The notes under the pieces are model-generated. The model made no database searches, had not been told where the DNA came from, and saw only the letters and a program-made list of their open reading frames with translations. Below are positions 53,701 through 64,000 of a DNA stretch of 64,000 bases, piece by piece (positions within the stretch are counted from its first letter, which is position 1; every line of letters starts with the position of its first letter). The translations under genes and the position numbers were made by a program. The DNA comes from Octopus sinensis (lineage: Eukaryota), in NCBI RefSeq assembly GCF_006345805.1, contig NC_043007.1, forward strand, positions 14,446,001 through 14,510,000, given 5' to 3'.

Positions 53701-55275
53701 TCCTTCAATTTCTGCAATTTCAACCAATCAATGACGTCTATTGAGTTAAAAAGCATTCTGTGCCGTATGAATATGTCCCTCGTTTAAGAAACAGATTGGG
53801 TTTATTTACATTTGTGAAGAAAAAAAGATACCCTTCCCCCACCCCTAACCCTAAAATAGATTGAAATGCAATAGATCGATTCTAGGGTCATAATTATGGG
53901 TGACAATTTCATATGACACCGCTAGAAAAAACTGCTATTCAAACCGAAAAGATCCAAAATATTAAGTGGTAAATAACATGATAATTACCCAGCCTTCTCC
54001 CTTAGTTTCTTGTAGATTGTCACCAAACCGTCATCATCAGTATCGCATTCCATTTCCATCATATCTAAAAAAGTTTTTTAATATATTTTATATTAGAGAA
54101 ACAGCTTAGAAATACAAGAATTGAAAGTTTAAGTATTCAGAAATGAGGGTTAGGTCTTTGTGACAGGTGATCACAGTTCGCCTTACTGGCACCTGTGCCG
54201 GTGACATGTGGGAAAAGATTCGAGCGAGGTCGTTGCCAGTACCGCCCCTGACTGGCCCCGGTGCCGGTGGCATGTAAAAAGCACCCACTACACTCTCGGA
54301 GTGGTTGGCGTTAGGAAAGGCATCCAGCTGTAGAAACACTGCCAGATCAACATTGGAGCCTGGTGCAGCCATCTGGTTCGCCAGTCCTCAGTCAAAATCG
54401 TCCAACCCATGCTAGCATGGAAAGCGGACGTTAAACGACGAACGAAGAGGCGTGGCTGCATGGTAAGTAGCTTGCTTCACAACTCCATGGCTCCAGGTTC
54501 ACTCCCACTACATAGCACCTTGGGCAAGTGTCTTCTGCTATAGCCCCGGGCCGACCTATGCCTTGTGAGTGGATTTGGTAGATGGAAACTGAAAGAAACC
54601 CATTGTCTCTGTGTGTCTTTGTTTGTTCCCCAATCACCGCTTGATAACTGCTGTGTTTATGTCCCCATATCTTAGCTGGTCAGCCAAAGGGACAACTGAA
54701 TAAGTATAACGCTTAAAAAAAAAATAAAAAATACTGGGGTCAATCCACTTGACTAAAGGCGGTGCCCCAGCATGGCCGACTGAAATAAGAAAAATAAAAA
54801 TAAACACTTTTTAAAACTGTCTCCCTTATTCTGTTCCTTTCCTTACCCTCTTCCAACACTTCTCTTTTCTACATTCTTCTCAACTCCTCAACCTTTCTAC
54901 TGGTCTTTCATTCTTTCTTCAAGCAATGGTCACCATGTAAAGATGCTCCACAAGGACGTTTTTACAAGGAGCAGTCAGTCCTTTTATTTACTATTTTCTC
55001 TTTTTCCTTTCTGTTGAAGAGCATAGGTTTGAAACAAAGACTTTCTCATTTTTCCCTAGCGTCAAACTAATACACCTGTTTGTTGTTCATACACCTGTCT
55101 TCATCTTTTGTTTTTCCATAAATGTCAACTATATATATATATCACCATCATCTTTAACATCTGTTTCCCATGCTGGCAAGCTCCACCAGGTTCCCATCTG
55201 ATCTGGTTTGGTTTCTATCACTAGATGCCCTTCCACTCTACAGTGTGTGCTGGATGCTTTTTAAAGTGACACTGG

Positions 55276-55317
<42 letters not shown>

Positions 55318-56580
55318 AGCTGTAGAAACACTGCCAGATCAGACCAGAGCCTGGTGCTGCCTTCTGGCTTCCCAGATCCCTGGTCGAACTGTCCAACCCA
55401 TGCTAGCATGCAGAACGGATGTTAAACGATGATGATGATATATATAAAGAAAGAGAAAAACATGCACACACATACCTTGTGACTCTGGTTCATAGACAAG
55501 GAGAATCTGAACCAAGTGAGCAGTGAGAACCAATTGCAGGGCATGCTGATCATTGAGGCTGCCTGTGGGGAACGTAGTAAGCAGTGAAGTTTGCCCCTCA
55601 GCATAGAGAGTTGGCAACGACATTACCAACACAGTTAAGTAGTGAAACATATCTAAGTCAAGAATGCAGGGTGGTTCATGTTTTTTCTCCAAACCATCAG
55701 GAATTAATGCTGGAAAAGAAAACAAGAAAACATCAAAATCATGTTTTCCGAATGGTTGATCAAATATCAGAAACGAGAATATAAAATGTCAAAGATAAAG
55801 GATATATAATTCAAATATTAAAGGAACTTCCGAATCTACCAGTTTTTGAATTTTTTGTTTTTACTCAATTAGTCTGATTATATTAATTAATATAGCTCTA
55901 AAGCTAGTTCATGGAGAACTCTAGTGGATTCCTGCTTTGCAATACATTCCTGATATATTTTGAGAAACAGAGTGCATAGTGTGTGTGTGTAACAGGTCAC
56001 TTTCAGTTTCTGTCTACTAAATTCATTTACAAGGCTTTGGTTAACTTGGGGATGTAGAGGATATTTGCCCAAGGTGCCGTGCAGAGGGACTGGACTTCAG
56101 ACCACGATTGGTAAGCAAACTTCTCAATCATACAACCACGCCTGAACACTACTAATATGTGTGTGTGTGTGTGTGTGTGTGTGTTTATTAAAATAAACAA
56201 GGGTTAAAGTCGCTCGACTACTGATCACATGGTTATAAATTTAGATTTTACTAATCACTGTATTGTTGTTGTTGTTGTCCTCCTGAATAAAACACACAAC
56301 TGTTTATTCCAGCTTTCTTGACAAAACCAGGCATTTCAGCCATAACCTTTCCATCTTTTCTCAAAGATGGTAAATGTAACATCATCCTGTATATCTTTCC
56401 TTTTAAAGATAGTTGCATGTGATTTAAGAGAATTGGATCCTTTGAGAGACTAGCAGAGGCAAGACCATTGGAAAGCTGCTACACAGTCGAGTTGGTTGAG
56501 CTGCTAGAAATAACACCTAAATTTCCATCAAATCACACCCTTCTTAGGAAAAAGGACACACAGGCACAGGAGTGGCTGTG

Positions 56581-56620
<40 letters not shown>

Positions 56621-59600
56621 TGTGTACAGTGCTCAGGTGCACTACAACTCATCTAAAGTGTATATATAATCAGGTGTAGTTTCGGCGGATTTCGGAAAGC
56701 ATGAGGGCCTTAAAGGATGCAGTGTCATGGCAGTCAACAACTGACGCAGGCAGTTTATTCCATGCTTCAGCAACTCTGAGCGTGAAAAAATGTTTCCGAA
56801 AGTCACGGGAGCTGTGTTGTTTTCTGACTTTGTAGGCATGTCCACGTGTGTTAGACACATGGAGATCAAAAAGGTGTTCAGTGTTGTTGTTGGTGAGGTG
56901 GTAAGTAGCTTGCTTTCCAACCACATGGTTCTGGGTTCAGTCCCACTGAGTGGCACCTTCGGCAAGTGTCTTCTACTATAGCCTCAGGCCGACCAAAGCC
57001 TTGTGAGTGGATTTGGTAGATGGAAACTGAAAGAAGCCCGTCGTATATATGTATATATATATGTGTGTGTGTGTGTATATGTTTGTGTGTCTGTGTTTGT
57101 CCCCTCAACATCGCTTGACAACCGATGCAGGTGTGTTTACGTATTCCGTAACTTAGCGGTTCGGCAAAAGGGACCGGTAGAATAAGGCGGTGCTCCAGCA
57201 TGGCCACAGTCAAATGACTGAAACAAGTAAAAGAGTAAAGAGACAGAGAGAGAGAGAGTATAGAATAAGGTAGTTTTGGATACCCTATGCCTTAAAAATG
57301 TTGGGATGGTCATGGTTTGAACAGGTACTAAACAGCAACAAGAACAAGCATCTCCAAATATATGGAATCAACGGAACAGCCTGCTCGTGAAATTAACGTG
57401 TAAGTGGCTGAGCACTCCACAGACACGTGTACCCTTAACGTAGTTCTCGGGGATATTCAGCGTGACACAGAGAGTGACAAGGCCGGCCCCTTGAAATACA
57501 GGTACAACAGAAACAGGAAGTAAGAGTGAGAGAAAATTGTGGTGAAAGAGTACAGCAGGGATCACCACCATCCCCTGCCGGAGCCTCGTGGAGCTTTAGG
57601 TGTTTTCGCTCAATAAACACTCACAACGCCCGGTCTGGGAATCGAAACCGCGATCCTATGACCGTGAGTCCGCTGCCCTAACCACTGCGCCTCCACTTCT
57701 CCAAATATAAACCACTGCCTAGAGACAGAAATCTTTTGTTGCCAACACAGGTAAACAGGTGTGAACTATGTGTATTCAGGAGTCAAAAATAGATGATTTC
57801 ATTCAAGAAATTTACTCCCCACCACCACCACCACCACCACCACCACCACTTAACGCTCCATGGAATTGAAAATACTGATGATATCTGAAGAGCATCGTTA
57901 AGGTTTTTACCTGTTAACAATCGTATGCAATGTTGCTTGACTGTGTCTGCAGACATCACCTGGCTACAAACCGCAGCAAACTTCACTAGTGCAACTAAAC
58001 AGTCAGAACGACGACTGGGTAACGAACCAAACAACGGCTTGTTGTTGTGTTGCAAGCTTTGTTCTGAAAAAGAAAAACGGGGTGTTTTGTGAGACAAAAA
58101 ATTCATTTCCACTCAAATGGGTGAAACACTCAAGAAAATAACAGAATATTATTAAGAAAATAACAGCATCAGTACCTATTACTTGAATTGTGTAGGCACA
58201 GGTATTCCAAACCATGATAGGAACACAAGGATTCTCACCATCAGGCTCCTTTGCTAATCCAAACTAAAAAAAATAAATAAAAAAGACAGTTTTGAATTAT
58301 TTAAAATCTATATATATAAACGGCAAAATGTCTGTTTGTGTGTGTGTGTGTGTGTTCTTTATACAAATCCACAATTTTTCAGTTAGAGGGCTTGCACTTT
58401 CTATGGTCATTCAAAACCATCCAAGGGTGGTCGTGCACATCTTTACATTTCCCCAGTCACCCCGCAAAACCATTAAAAAATCAATAGAAGTGACTTTTTT
58501 GTGAATTTTCTACCTAAACCCCAATCAAAATGCCTGAAACTTGATACGCCAATTGAATGCCAGCTAGCTGTATGTGATTGGTCGGAGATTTGGACAGTAC
58601 TCACATGTATGTGCACACGCATGCACTAGCACTATGACCCGGCGTTGCTGGGTCATAGTCCTAGTTATAATTAAAATATCATTAACATTTTAAAGTGTTT
58701 AGCTACAGGTAAGACCTCATCCAGTAGGTTGATTATGGTCAAAGGTATTCAAACACTAATAACAGTGCAGCTACTTAAAAGTGGTTGCTTGACCTATAAG
58801 GGTATTGAGCCAAAGCTTAAAATCTCATTCTAAAGACTTGAAAAAAAATTTTTTTAATTTAAATAAGATACAGGGTTTGAATAAAAGATGGAGTGATCAT
58901 GGCTGGAATATCTTTGATAATAACTGTTACATCAGGGCTGACCTGAAGCTAAGCAACAGCAAAACCACTTCATACCACATCAACAGCACTTCCCACCACC
59001 ACATTAATCATTTAAATTATCTAATATCATGAAAACTAAAAAAGACAGGTTGTCAGCAGAATTTGTCTGATGCCACCAGCACCACACTATATCGACCCTT
59101 TAGCATTCAGATTCTCCTGTCAAATGAAATGTGTATTTATTTACATTGCTTGGAATTAATCGTGGATTCATCATCATCGTTTAACATCCGCTTTCCATGC
59201 TAGCATGGGTTGGACGATTTGACTGAGGTTTGGCGAACCAAATGGCTGCACCAGACTCCAATCTTGATCTGGCAGAGTTTCTACAGCTGGATGCCTTTCC
59301 TAACGCCAACCACTCCGAGAGTGTAGTGGGTGCTTTTTACGTGCCACCGGCACGGATTATCTCGTATTTTTGAGATTTTGACGATCTGACTATTTTTAGA
59401 ATGACATTGTAAGGTGGATGTGAGAGGAAAGTTCTGGCCCGTGTGAATCTAAAACAGATAGAATATTTTGGCTGGATGTGGCCAGTTTAAATGCTAAAGG
59501 GTTAAAGAGCTATAGTTAACTGTATGTCTGTCAACCTATATCCCCATCTATCTCTTGCCTCCATGAACTTTTTAAAGCCTATGAAAGTTTTGAGGAAAAA

Positions 59601-61075
59601 AATTATTTTTAGATTTAAGATTTTTTAAGAATATGTGAATTATTCTAGAAAAATATTTTGAGGGCTTTTTGAAGTTTATTAACCCTTTGAGCCCTGACCT
59701 CTTGAACCTTATTTTACCATATACCTGGCACTCCACTGGTTCTACAGTATAGAGGAAAATAAACCATCCACTAGTAAATTGGTGTTACGGGCTCAAAGGG
59801 GTTAACATTTAAAAGAATTTTTTCTTTAAGCAATTTTTGAGATTTCTTAAAAAAAAAAAAAAAAAAGATTTTCTAAAAAATTTTCCCCCTTTGTTCTCAG
59901 TTTGTCTTGTTCTTAACTTCTTTCAATTTTAATATATATCATCATCATCATTTAGCGTCCGTTTTCCATGCTAGCATGGGTTGGACGGTTCAACTGGGGT
60001 CTGTGAAGCCAGAAGGCTTCATCAGGCCCAGTCAGATTTGGCAGTGTTTCTACGGCTGGATGCCCTTCCTAACGCCAACCACTCCGTGAGTGTAGTGGGT
60101 GCTTTTTACGTGCCACCTGCACAGGTGCAGGTGGTGCGTAAAAGTATTTCATCTGCCTCTTTTACCTTTCCAATCTCTCCTGCCAATGGCATTACCCGCT
60201 TGTCTTACTACACTACAGCTAACTGTACTAGTCTACCTTTCTTGCAATATGCTATACTTTTACAAACAGGAAACTAAGTTGTGGAGAATAAAACATACTT
60301 TCAACCATCTACGTCATGATTTCTATGGTTGAAATTATAAAATTGAAATTCTTTGCCTAACATCGCCCTACATTAAGACAGAACTGTAGTTAATTGTCCA
60401 AGTCCGGTGTCGTCACCATTCACCATCAAGTCTATTATATTCCAGCCACCTCTGCTTTCTCATTCATCTTTTAATTAGTCATATGATGTCTAGGCTCATT
60501 CTAATTATTTAATTCAATTTAACATAGTCTCTAGTCTAGGGCTGATTCATTCATCTTTTAATTAATCCTTTTGTTACTATATTTGTAATTACAATATGTG
60601 TTGCAATTAAATTCTTAAATAATTGTAAATTTAGATTGGTTTCATAAAGCATCATCATCATCATCATCATCATTTAATGGCAGTCTTCCATGCTGGCATG
60701 GATCGGACAATTTGACAGGAGCTGGCAAAAGATGGAGGACTGAGTCAAGCTCAACTGTCTGTTTTGGTAAGAGAAGGATTCTTTGAGAGTGGGATGTATA
60801 TAGTGCCAAGTGATGAGAGGTTAGAGTTGGCAGAGGGAGAGAAACAGGTGAATAGGTGTCTTGCTGCAAAAAAGATAGATGGGTACCCCAGTCAGAGGGA
60901 GAGAAAGAGAAAGTGATCAAGAATGAGAGAGTGAGAGAAAGAGGAAGGGTGAGCAAGAGAGATGGTGGCAACATGCCAGGGTATACTCTTAAGGTATGGC
61001 GTGAGAATATAAATATGCTGGTAAAGCATTGCTAAAGGTGTATGAACAGGAAGTTCACACGAATGCAGTGAGTGG

Positions 61076-61121
<46 letters not shown>

Positions 61122-63655
61122 AATATATATAGGACAAAGTAAGATAGGGGTTATGGGTGTAACCCACTAAGGGATAGCATTTATCCAATATACTGTTGGT
61201 AAAGTACCCAAATTCTTAATACATAAATGTTTTAATTGCAATGCAATTAAGTAATTTATTGTATTAAATTGGTGAAGGTAAAGAAATATTTTTACCGTAA
61301 ATTCATAATACAAATAAGAAAATGGAGAAACAAATCTGGTTTGTTCATCAACTTACGGATATTATAATGTTGGATTAATCCAACATTATAATATCCGCAA
61401 GTTGATGAAGAAACTAAACTTGTTTCTCCATTTTCTTATTTGTATTATATATATACATATATATATATATAGTGGGGACAACAGGATAGCAATGATACAG
61501 TGAGCAGGGCAGTGAGGACAGAATTGGGCTGCAGGAGTGAAGAAGAAGAGCTAAAGAGATGTAGTTTGGTTTATTATGAAAAAATTATGTTACATGTGGG
61601 TGGAATAAGACAGCACTTCCAGAACTCAGTTTCACTGAGGTGGGTGGATCTCCTCATGAACCTCATATTGCCAGACATCTTGATATATTCTCATCTCCTC
61701 CGTGAGGCCCACCTTATTAATTTATTCAAGTGGTGTTTCAAAGAGAGATTCTTACATAAATCTACTTTGGAATTACTCTAACTATAGGTAAACAGAGATA
61801 AAACCTGTAAAATATAAAGTTATTTAAATTTTATTTAAATATTACCATATTAAAATGAGTTATTAACCAATATTATATTACATATCTAAGGTTGTGAGCT
61901 GGCAGAAAAGTTTACCACGCCGGGTGAAATGTTTAGCGGTATTTCGTCTGCTGCTATGTTCTGAGTTCAAATTCCGCCAAAGTCAACTTTGCTTTTCATC
62001 CTTTCGGGGTCGATTAAATAAGTACCAGTTACGCACTGGGGTAGATATAATCGACTTAATCCGTTTGTCTGTCCTTGTTTGTCCTCTCTGTGTTTAGCCC
62101 CTTGTGGGTAGTAAAGAAATAGGTATTTCTCTTGTTGCTACATTCTGAGTTCAAGTTCTACTGAGGTCAACTTTGCTTTTCATCCTTTTGGGGGGGTCAA
62201 TAAATTAAGTACCAGTTGAATACTGGGGTCAATGTAATCGACTTAACCCCACACCACAAATTTCAAGCCTTGTGCTTATAGCAGAAAGGATTATATTTCA
62301 TATCTACCTAAATGCTCACTATTATTATATTTACTGAAAAAGTGCTTAAACTTCATTCGGTCTTCCTTTGTTTACAAATTGTGTAACAATTAGCCTCTAC
62401 CATTATTGTATGGGACACTGGGAATAAATGAAAATAAAAAGCCAATGGGTTGTGAGTCGCAGAAAAGACTGAGTTGGTTCCTTTGAAAAATTTTAGAAGA
62501 GAAATATTCTACAAAGTGTTTCGCTTCAACATCATTGTTTTTACGACTGCTGCCCAACACGAGAATTAAGACATCCAATTTGGCCCATGTATTTTATGCT
62601 AGACACATTTTTGAAAATTCACTGCAAAATCAGTATTTTGCTGCAAGATCACTATTTCTAAATGTGAAGCTTACATAATTTAAGAAAACAAAAAGATAGA
62701 ATGTTATAGAAATACAAAAAAATTTAGAAAAAAAAAGATTGCCAAAAAATTTAGAGACCACAAAATTCATGGTGTGAGAAAATGCTAGAAAAACCAGGTT
62801 ATCTTCAATGCAGTAACAAGATTTACGTCAATATTTTAATTTAACCCTTTCATTACTGTATTTATTTTGAGATTTTCTGTGTTTCTTTCAATTAATTTTA
62901 AATATAATAAAGAATTTAGTAACATAACTTAGTTATCATTAATCTAGCGTTAGGAACATAAATTGTGACTAAAGTTTGGTGAAAGATTTTAATTCAAAAC
63001 TTATGAAAACAAGACATTTATAATAAAGAGCCAGAGCCAGTTTTAGCCGGGTTGGTACCAAAAAGGTTAAGAATTGTTTCTCTATTACATATTTTAACCC
63101 TTTTGTCCCCATATTTCTGTTGAGATGCTCTGTGTATCTTTCAATAACTTTAGATATAACAAAGAATTTAGTAAAATAACTTTGTTATCATTAAGCTAGT
63201 GTTAGGAACATAAATTGTGACTAAGGTTTGGTGAAAGATTTTAATTCAAAACTTATAAAAACAAGACATTTGTACTATAGAGCCAGAGGTGGTTTCAGCT
63301 GGGTTAGTAACGAAAGGGTTAAATATGAAAAAGTAAAACCCAAGCCTTTTTAGTATCTTATGACCATAAGCAGTTTAGTAATCAAAAGGATAAATTATAT
63401 TGTTTGTAATCTAGATATAATTTATTCATTATTCTAATTAAACATTTTTAGTCTAATTGTAACTTTTTCATTCTTTTATGGTCTCTAGCATAGACTTTTT
63501 TTTTTTACAAATTAGATAAACGCATTACAATTCTTGTGTTAATAGTTCACATTTAAATACATAGTTTTGGTAGGCGAGAGCTTTATATACTTACAGTATA
63601 TACATCTGTAGCAAACTTTTTCATCATTTCCCTCATACTCTCTGAAAAGTGGCCA
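44561..63655 (-). CDS. UBR2: E3 ubiquitin ligase UBR1/UBR2-type N-recognin, C-terminal part (11 exons, 1411 nt, about 469 aa); 5' part lies beyond the window end
   Basis: In-frame GT-AG splicing. Hallmark C-terminal motifs VPIMVWNTCAYTIQ, PCILDLDMFH, CLPFLRCAAL, YP..LVKLPKDYSELMN, CPRS..PTMCLVCGQVLCSHSYCC, GAGIGIFLRIRDCQ, KGCF..APYLDDYGETD and RGNPLCL. Closest by recall to vertebrate UBR2; invertebrates have one UBR1/2 co-ortholog. Confidence 0.93.
45588..45972 (-). mobile_element. Non-autonomous Helitron (same subfamily as 5818-6128)
   Basis: TC..CTAG termini, A|T target. Confidence 0.87.
46710..46811 (-). CDS. UBR2: UBR1/2 exon
   Basis: ttgtag|A..AA|gtgagt; IRDCQIFLLAGQNKGCFQTAPYLDDYGETDQLL. 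Confidence 0.95.
48639..48809 (-). CDS. UBR2: UBR1/2 exon (Cys-rich C-terminal domain)
   Basis: ccacag|C..AG|gtaaat; CPRSSGDESRVPTMCLVCGQVLCSHSYCCQ..CGAGIGIFL. Confidence 0.95.
49940..50647 (+). mobile_element. RTE-BovB-like LINE 3' fragment with frameshifts
   Basis: VWAERGIRLSTKLAVYRAVV, LWWVGHVVRMVDVRLPK, GRPLKRFKE and C-terminal CPTC..GLHS..RRH. Confidence 0.85.
50673..50810 (-). CDS. UBR2: UBR1/2 exon
   Basis: ccacag|G..AC|gtaagt; WCSHPSIKDHF..IIRYPLPLNHLVKLPKDYSELMNQVSSY. Confidence 0.93.
51774..51882 (-). CDS. UBR2: UBR1/2 exon
   Basis: tttcag|AG..AG|gtttgt; ENSSNQFEYICRFLALPTKLTTLFENQGDIISELMA. Confidence 0.9.
53287..53423 (-). CDS. UBR2: UBR1/2 exon
   Basis: ctctag|A..G|gtaaat; GLSCDACEVCPWTLATHLKQACLPFLRCAALMYHCITGVSTPPELQ. 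Confidence 0.92.
53542..53956. mobile_element. MITE with ~30-bp TIRs
   Basis: TGGATCTTTTCGGTTTGA..GCAGTTTTT and AAAAACTGC..TCAAACCGAAAAGATCCA. Confidence 0.65.
53989..54064 (-). CDS. UBR2: UBR1/2 exon
   Basis: ttttag|AT..GG|gtaatt; DMMEMECDTDDDGLVTIYKKLREKA. Confidence 0.87.
55476..55709 (-). CDS. UBR2: UBR1/2 exon
   Basis: ttccag|CA..G|gtatgt; ALIPDGLEKKHEPPCILDLDMFHYL..HLVQILLVYEPESQ. Confidence 0.92.
57911..58063 (-). CDS. UBR2: UBR1/2 exon
   Basis: tttcag|AA..G|gtaaaa; EQSLQHNNKPLFGSLPSRRSDCLVALVKFAA..CIRLLT; follows a 112-bp intron. Confidence 0.92.
58176..58263 (-). CDS. UBR2: UBR1/2 exon
   Basis: ttttag|TTT..G|gtactg; FGLAKEPDGENPCVPIMVWNTCAYTIQVI. Confidence 0.92.
58307..58664 (+). 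mobile_element. Non-autonomous Helitron; partial relative at about 565-750 (-)
   Basis: a|TCTATATATATAAACGGC..ACTATGACCC-ggcgttgct-GGGTCATAGT-CCTAG|t (10-bp perfect hairpin). Confidence 0.88.
59679..59805. mobile_element. Small TTAA-bounded MITE
   Basis: TTAACCCTTTGAGCCC and GGGCTCAAAGGGGTTAA inverted termini. Confidence 0.7.
61307..61446. repeat. Spacerless palindrome, 70-bp arms
   Basis: Centre GGATT|AATCC at 61376/61377; 5 mismatches. Confidence 0.95.
62841..63322. mobile_element. Dimer of piggyBac-like TTAA MITEs
   Basis: Copies at 62841-63070 and 63094-63322 with a 23-nt spacer. Confidence 0.85.
63595..63655 (-). CDS. UBR2: UBR1/2 exon
   Basis: ttatag|T..ACT|gtaagt; GHFSESMREMMKKFATDVYT. 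Confidence 0.88.
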
Positions 63656-64000
63656 CTATAAAACAAAATAACTCTCATTAGGTATTAACATTACTGAATT
63701 CTCAAAGATGTGCTGAATTAATTTAGGTCTGTAGCAAATTATATATATAATGAAATTATTGTATACAGTGCTCAGGTGCAGCACAACTTGTCAAAAAAGT
63801 GCGTATAAAGCATATGCAGTAATGTAGAAATGTCTGGAAAGTGAACAGTGTATGAGTCAGATACATGCTTGTGCGTGTATGGAGGGGAGAAAATCAGGTG
63901 TAGTGTTGGCGAATCTCAGGAAGCATGGAAGTTTTGAAGGATGTAGTGCTTCGACAACCAACAACTGATGCCGGCAGTTTGTTCCATGCTTCAGCAACTC

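Noticed and set aside
55007-55040. Second copy of the variant hammerhead motif
   Set aside because: The GUA cleavage triplet is deleted (GAAAC-AAAG), so it cannot be active. It is kept only as evidence for the family consensus.
58860-58940. Possible UBR exon VSPDVTVIIKDIPAMITPSFIQTLYL on the - strand
   Set aside because: It has no phase-compatible donor, and the exon at 63595-63655 supplies the expected sequence and splices in frame.
62390-62578. 62-aa - strand ORF inside a UBR intron
   Set aside because: No recognisable motif, no usable splice sites, and not needed for frame continuity.

Overview
Eukaryotic, AT-rich, repeat-dense genomic DNA. The SINE, Helitron and MITE repertoire and the microsatellite load look like an octopod cephalopod (Octopus), recognised from memory and not searched. 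Two intron-rich genes converge tail to tail. On the + strand are the 3' 21 exons (174-40134, about 730 aa in one open GT-AG spliced frame) of a coiled-coil centrosomal protein most like CEP128. On the - strand are the last 11 exons (63655-44561, about 469 aa) of an N-recognin E3 ligase of the UBR1/UBR2 type. Almost all ORFs in the supplied track are repeat-derived artefacts. Introns hold several tRNA-derived SINE families, 3' ends of Tx1/L1-, RTE- and CR1-clade LINEs, complete non-autonomous Helitrons, piggyBac-like TTAA MITEs, Tc1/mariner and hAT remnants, and a solo LTR. The most interesting signal is a tandem 341-bp unit (3961-4640) with a minimal type I hammerhead ribozyme motif in the loop of an ~82-bp inverted repeat, resembling a Penelope or non-LTR retrozyme unit. 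Other leads: a variant hammerhead-like motif in sense orientation just 3' of the CEP128 stop; a 51-bp copy of a coding exon 8 kb upstream in an intron; a LINE insertion with a fold-back copy of its own target flank; a TSD-supported triple nesting (SINE, then LTR, then Tx1); a SINE sharing its 3' tail with a Tx1-like LINE; and Helitrons sitting next to splice sites.
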